A DNA stretch of 64,000 bases, from the NCBI GenBank assembly GCA_045659785.1, contig JAZRCM010000011.1, forward strand, positions 4,902 to 68,901, in the 5' to 3' direction. Below are positions 60,201 through 64,000 of the stretch, one piece after another. How positions within the stretch are numbered: position 1 is the stretch's first letter; every line of letters begins with the position of its first letter. This DNA is from Alphaproteobacteria bacterium. GTDB lineage: Bacteria; Pseudomonadota; Alphaproteobacteria; RF32; CAG-239. A program made the position numbers and the translations under genes. The notes beneath the pieces were generated by a model, which saw nothing but the letters and a program-made list of their open reading frames with translations, was not told where the DNA came from and did no database searches.

Positions 60201-60327
60201 TAAAATTACTTTTATTTCTAAGGATGGAATAAAAACCGACTGTAAAAATATCGTCAATGGTGTTATGAAGATTTGTTTATATGTGTGGGCAATTTTAATT
60301 TTGGCAACACCATTTTTTGTTCCATAG
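60190..60327 (+). CDS. Small TM protein (45 aa, MIRDKITFISKDGIKTDCKNIVNGVMKICLYVWAILILATPFFVP), full-length version of the 59267 gene
   Basis: ggag RBS. ATG overlaps the end of the orphan fragment exactly as 59267 overlaps toxin 1. Confidence 0.4.
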   Translation: MIRDKITFISKDGIKTDCKNIVNGVMKICLYVWAILILATPFFVP

Positions 60328-60337
60328 TGTTGATTTA

Positions 60338-60372
60338 TGTTTTTTATAAACCGCTCTTTTTAGAGCGGTTTT
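60338..60372 (+). terminator. Rho-independent terminator (aaaccgctctttttagagcggtttttt)
   Basis: Perfect 9 bp stem. A degenerate copy of the same element follows the 59267 gene at about 59376-59400. Confidence 0.5.
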
Positions 60373-60395
60373 TTGTTTTTATGGGAGAATAAAAA

Positions 60396-60524
60396 ATGAA
60401 ACTTATAATAAGAATTTTAAGGACTTGACGAATAATCGCTATGGTTTTAAAGTTGGCTATAGTGATAAAACGGCAAATTGCAGAGATTTGTTGGGGCATT
60501 TAAGAACAGGAAAGATAAAAAAAT
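60396..60524 (+). pseudogene. Internally deleted remnant of a toxin-2-type gene (start codon + 12 nt joined to the last ~110 nt of the C-terminal domain)
   Basis: The upstream context ggagaataaaaaatg and the segment ggacttgacgaataatcgctatgg...gcagagatttgttggggcatttaagaacagga match 59430-59921. Stop codon after 10 codons. Confidence 0.45.
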
Positions 60525-60692
60525 ATGAATTTTTATAAAAGACTTGCGTATTATTCAGTGGTTTTCATACTGTTTTTTGCGATATTGATTTATATGCTTA
60601 TCGTAGATTATGAAAAATCCGGCGATAAGTTTATATTAGAATGTATGCAAGCCGGTAAAAGTTATGAATTTTGTAAAAACCAGTGGTATTAA
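60525..60692 (+). CDS. Small TM protein with CX9C (55 aa), paralog of 59905-60102
   Basis: MNFYKRLAYYSVVFILFFAILIYMLIV TM helix then ILECMQAGKSYEFCKNQWY. Followed by a gccccaattatttggggc terminator at about 60694-60720. Confidence 0.4.
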   Translation: MNFYKRLAYYSVVFILFFAILIYMLIVDYEKSGDKFILECMQAGKSYEFCKNQWY

Positions 60693-60898
60693 GAAAAAAA
60701 GCCCCAATTATTTGGGGCTTGTTCCAATCCTTTACCTGGGCTAGCAACTCAAGTAAAGATACTAAATGAGCGATTTCGATTTCTATCTCACTAGTGGATA
60801 GTGACAATATATCATATATAAAGGTGAAAATCAATAAAAAGATAAAGATACTTCGTAAAATATAGAGATGTTTCTTATTGATTTTGTGATAAAAAACA

Positions 60899-60955
60899 AA
60901 AAATGTTCTATTTTTGTTCAAAAAATATTTGACAATGTTCTATTTTTGTTCTATT
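60899..60955 (+). promoter_or_regulatory. Promoter with a direct repeat: aaaatgttctatttttgttc appears twice, with ttgaca between the copies and a tattgt -10
   Basis: The ~19-nt unit is repeated about 33 nt apart, the second copy forming the spacer of a ttgaca-17-tattgt promoter upstream of the 60988 gene. Confidence 0.35.
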
Positions 60956-60987
60956 GTTTTTTTATAATCAAAATTGGGGGAATAAAA

Positions 60988-61203
60988 ATGAATAAGACAA
61001 TAAGTTTTGAAGATGTATTGATATTTTTTACAGCAATAGCAGCTGTTTTAAGTTTGTTTATGATGATAGTGGTTATTTGCTTGAGCGGAACAAAATATTT
61101 GGCATTTATATTTTTTAATATTATGTTGGTTGTAGGAGCTTGGATTTTAGATTATAAAGGCATAAATCCAAAGAGTATGTTAAAAATTTGTTTGCGCAGG
61201 TAA
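60988..61203 (+). CDS. Small membrane protein (2 TM, 71 aa)
   Basis: ATG after a ttggggga RBS. Hydrophobic. Confidence 0.4.
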   Translation: MNKTISFEDVLIFFTAIAAVLSLFMMIVVICLSGTKYLAFIFFNIMLVVGAWILDYKGINPKSMLKICLRR

Positions 61204-61204
61204 T

Positions 61205-61648
61205 ATGAAAAAAGCAAAAAGAATATTGGGCTTAGCAATAAAATTTACAATAATATTTATTGTTTTGTCGGTAGTTTTTGATTTTGTTGCTGAAATTAAT
61301 ACTATAGCTGCATATATGCCAAAAGATAGATATGTTTTAATTTTGAGTGAAATTTTGGCGATATTGGGAATATGGAAAATTACGAAAACAAAATGGAAAT
61401 GGTGGGTTAAGCTTTTTGCTGTTCTTTTTACGGTAGTTTTTTTGAGCAAAATATTGACCATATTTCCGGAGTATCGTTTTTATAAAGCGGAAGAGATGTG
61501 TCATGAAGGAAAAATTTGCCGACAAGGTATTGTGTTAGAGGATGAATATGGCAAAAAATATTCAGTAGATGAAAAAATATGTAAGGAATATAACGGAAGG
61601 TGGATGACAGAATATCAGGCTTGTGATTTTAATCCGCCTCAACCTTAA
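61205..61648 (+). CDS. Membrane protein with a Cys-rich C-terminal domain
   Basis: 147 aa. 3 TM helices then CHEGKICRQG...CKEYNGRWMTEYQACDF. A terminator hairpin (aaatcgctcttatgagcgattt + T9) follows at about 61663-61690. Confidence 0.4.
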   Translation: MKKAKRILGLAIKFTIIFIVLSVVFDFVAEINTIAAYMPKDRYVLILSEILAILGIWKITKTKWKWWVKLFAVLFTVVFLSKILTIFPEYRFYKAEEMCHEGKICRQGIVLEDEYGKKYSVDEKICKEYNGRWMTEYQACDFNPPQP

Positions 61649-61716
61649 AACAGGTACATTAAATCGCTCTTATGAGCGATTTTTTTTTGTGAAATATTTT
61701 AAAAAAGGAAATTAAA

Positions 61717-63075
61717 ATGAATTTTAGAAATGTGTGGGAAGATACATTAGATGTTGGAAAATCCGTAGGCAAAGGTTTATTATCCGGAACGGAAAGTGCA
61801 TTAAACGGAGCAACTTTAGGCGGTTATCGTTGGTTGGGAGATAAGGTTGGTTTGGGAGTTTCGCAAAGAGCGAGAGAATTGCAACAACAGGCAGATGCAG
61901 CCGGAGTAGGCGGCTTAAATCAAGTCGGTAATTTTTTTGCAGAAATGGGAGGTTCTTTGCGAGGATTAAGCAATTTAGGGTATAATGCCATCAGAAAAGG
62001 AATTAGTATTTTAGCACCGCAAATGTCAAAATCAGTTGTTGCACCGAGCATATTATCCGGCACGGCAGAATCAGCAATAAACAGCACATTTGAAAATGAT
62101 TTTTTAAATTGGCAAGAGGTTGGAAAAGATACAGTTCAAGGATTGGGAATATCAACCCTTTTGAGCAGATTTGGAACATTGGCAAATAAAGGATTGCGTA
62201 GTTTACGAGATTATATGACCTTACCTTATAAAAATATAGAAACAATGAACTTTGCCCCTACAAGAGAACAACTATTAAAATATCCTGCAGAAAGCAGGTT
62301 TAACTTACCCGAAAAAACTTTGACTACTTCCGAGGCTGAAAATGTTTTGCGTAATAGAGCCCAGAATAGTGGTGTTGAGATTGGAGGAAATATTGACCAT
62401 TATTTAAATAAAAGGGGGAGACAACAATATGTAAGAACATTATCAAATACTCTTGAAAATCCTGATATTACTTATTCTTTAGGTAATAAAAATTATTTTG
62501 TAAAAAAATATAATGGGGTTCAAGGAAAAGAAGTGAAACTGTTTAATGATTTCATTGTTAAAAAGGATGGTAAATTATATACTAAGTTTGTTCCTGATGA
62601 TTTGGATTACGTAAGTAATCAGCTAATAAAAAACAACCCGCAAGACCTGTCCTTACGGGGAGTTACCAACAGTACGGAGCCGACAGGTGGTAAAGTTGGA
62701 ACCTCTTTTTACAAAAAAAATATACCATATTATGATATTGTTGTCAATTCCAAACTGCCTCACGTTAGCTCGTTATCCGAGGGGTTAAATGGTGTTCAAA
62801 AACAACAATTCGGTGATAGTTTTCGAGATGTAATGAGAAATAATTCTCAAAAATTGGGGACATTAGGTAGTATGTATCAATTACGGGATAATATTGAAAA
62901 TAAACCGTACTTGAGTTCGGTTACCGACAAGTTAAGCGAGGCAATTTTGACAGCAGAGCAGAATGCCAATATGCCAAGATGGACAAGATTGTTACAATCA
63001 ATGCCAAATAAATTTAATAGTAAATATCCTTATTTTGCCAATACATTAAGTTGGATGGGAAGCAGAGAATATTAA
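61717..63075 (+). CDS. Hypothetical protein (452 aa), Gly-rich N-terminal region
   Basis: No signal peptide. GxxxG-rich N-terminus. A terminator (aaaccgctcataaaagcggttt + T8) follows at about 63064-63095. Confidence 0.4.
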   Translation: MNFRNVWEDTLDVGKSVGKGLLSGTESALNGATLGGYRWLGDKVGLGVSQRARELQQQADAAGVGGLNQVGNFFAEMGGSLRGLSNLGYNAIRKGISILAPQMSKSVVAPSILSGTAESAINSTFENDFLNWQEVGKDTVQGLGISTLLSRFGTLANKGLRSLRDYMTLPYKNIETMNFAPTREQLLKYPAESRFNLPEKTLTTSEAENVLRNRAQNSGVEIGGNIDHYLNKRGRQQYVRTLSNTLENPDITYSLGNKNYFVKKYNGVQGKEVKLFNDFIVKKDGKLYTKFVPDDLDYVSNQLIKNNPQDLSLRGVTNSTEPTGGKVGTSFYKKNIPYYDIVVNSKLPHVSSLSEGLNGVQKQQFGDSFRDVMRNNSQKLGTLGSMYQLRDNIENKPYLSSVTDKLSEAILTAEQNANMPRWTRLLQSMPNKFNSKYPYFANTLSWMGSREY

Positions 63076-63108
63076 ACCGCTCATAAAAGCGGTTTTTTTT
63101 ATGGAGAT

Positions 63109-63612
63109 ATGATGAAAAAAACAAAAGATTATAAAAGTGAATATGCTCAAAAACTTGTAGCGTGGTTTCGTGATGCTCCGTTGTTTGTTGAAGAAACAAA
63201 AGAAGTTTTCAGCAAAAAGTCGGATAAAATAGAAACAATTATCGAAAAACAACCCGCTCCTTGCCCGAGTGTAGTTCGTTTTGCCGATAATCTGAAAATA
63301 AATGTTGAGGATATTTTGCGTTGGCGAGAAAAAAATTCCGAATTTAAATCCGCTTATGAGCAAGCAATGTATTTTCGGGAAGAATGGTTGATGAATGCAG
63401 CCGGATTGGGTTTTTATAATTCATCAATGTCAATTATGGCATTGAAGGCAAATCACGGTTGGTCGGAGAAAAGCGAAAAACAGTTGATTGATGACGGGAT
63501 CAAACAAGTTTTAGTTCAATTTGTAAAAGATAAAGGAGAAAATTATGAAAAAAATAACGGCGAAAATTCCGCAAATATTTGCTCCGCTAATGACGAAAAA
63601 ATATCGGATTAA
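63109..63612 (+). CDS. Phage terminase small subunit
   Basis: 167 aa. Conserved helix-rich region VVRFADNLKINVEDILRWREKNSEFKSAYEQAMYFREEWLMNAAGLG typical of TerS. Overlaps the start of the next gene. Confidence 0.55.
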   Translation: MMKKTKDYKSEYAQKLVAWFRDAPLFVEETKEVFSKKSDKIETIIEKQPAPCPSVVRFADNLKINVEDILRWREKNSEFKSAYEQAMYFREEWLMNAAGLGFYNSSMSIMALKANHGWSEKSEKQLIDDGIKQVLVQFVKDKGENYEKNNGENSANICSANDEKISD

Positions 63613-64000
63613 ATTTTATTATGGAGGGAGAGCCGGCGGAAAAAGTTATGCTTTTGCTGACAGTTTGTTGTTGTTGGGCAGAAAGAAAAAATTGTTCATA
63701 GCTTGTTTGCGCGAAATTCAGGATAGCATAAAAGATTCCGTTTATAAGTTGTTGTGTGACAGAATATCTTTTTACGGTTTGAACGACTACAAGATTTTTG
63801 AGGATAAAATAGAAAACAAAATTACCGGAACACGTTTTATTTTTAAGGGGTTGCGAGAGCAAGATGCACAAAAAATAAAATCGTTGGAAGGTGTTGATAT
63901 AGCTTGGATTGAAGAGGCTCAAACCATATCGGCAACTTCGTGGGAAGTACTAGAGCCGACTATCAGAAAAGACGGTTCAGAAATTTGGATTTCGATGAAT
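63545..64000 (+). CDS. Phage terminase large subunit (partial, runs off the window end)
   Basis: Translates to MKKITAKIPQIFAPLMTKKYRIKFYYGGRAGGKSYAFADSLLLLGRKKKLFIACLREIQDSI... Contains a Walker A GGRAGGKS and a PBSX/XtmB-type TerL N-terminus. Not in the ORF track because no stop codon occurs before the end of the window. Confidence 0.75.
   Translation, partial: MKKITAKIPQIFAPLMTKKYRIKFYYGGRAGGKSYAFADSLLLLGRKKKLFIACLREIQDSIKDSVYKLLCDRISFYGLNDYKIFEDKIENKITGTRFIFKGLREQDAQKIKSLEGVDIAWIEEAQTISATSWEVLEPTIRKDGSEIWISMN

Noticed and set aside
60721-60752. gttccaatcctttacctgggctagca resembles the T-arm/3' end of a tRNA and partially matches the 3' end of the tRNA-Leu at 10722-10808 (possible att site)
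   Set aside because: It cannot be folded into a T stem-loop plus acceptor stem. Similarity to the tRNA-Leu 3' end is limited to about 15 nt with a gap. It is most likely a chance AT-rich match downstream of a terminator.
60631-60921. 96-aa minus-strand ORF from the six-frame track
   Set aside because: It overlaps the terminator, the direct-repeat promoter region and the AT-rich intergenic spacer. It has no RBS and an extremely Ile/Phe/Leu-biased composition. It is treated as an AT-rich spurious ORF.

Overview
This 64 kb window reads as a chromosomal segment of a low-G+C (roughly 35-38% by hand count of a few lines) alphaproteobacterium. Lineage calls: gcrA is present; rpoZ-spoT and acpS-lepB-rnc-era are adjacent; the yceD-rpmF-plsX-fabH-ihfA-merR and ruvA-ruvB-ybgC-tolQ-tolR-tolA blocks are in alphaproteobacterial order. 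The core genes are fur, gcrA, rpoZ, spoT/rsh, acpS, lepB, rnc, era, asnS, rpoH, prmC, ihfA, fabH, plsX, rpmF, ruvAB, ybgC, tolQRA, fhs, coaD, an AcrAB-type RND pump, a CDF transporter and an autotransporter. The accessory content is interleaved with this core. (1) An island at 9.3-13.1 kb has visibly higher G+C, two paralogous Bacteroidetes-style beta-barrel OMP genes, a tRNA-Leu(CAG) and two paralogous hypothetical genes. (2) A Chlamydia AaxABC-like arginine-decarboxylation module: APC antiporter, pyruvoyl-dependent arginine decarboxylase and OprB-like porin. (3) A three-gene predicted peptide-modification system: retropepsin-like protease, 7TM inactive transglutaminase and RimK-like ATP-grasp ligase. 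(4) A CoaD-HD-domain fusion. (5) A tandemly duplicated lipoprotein gene pair inserted between ybgC and tolQ. (6) An MFS transporter interrupted by a +1 frameshift in an A8/T8 homopolymer. (7) From about 56.6 kb to the window end, a prophage-like region: CI/LexA-like repressor with palindromic operators, terminase small and large subunits. This region carries a small array of polymorphic-toxin-like cassettes, each a conserved ~60-aa N-terminus with a divergent C-terminus and a tiny TM protein, plus two degraded orphan C-terminal/immunity-like modules. That array is the best candidate for a previously undescribed system. No CRISPR array and no rRNA were seen. Start coordinates that I adjusted by hand from the ORF track, and all terminator coordinates, are approximate to within a few nt.
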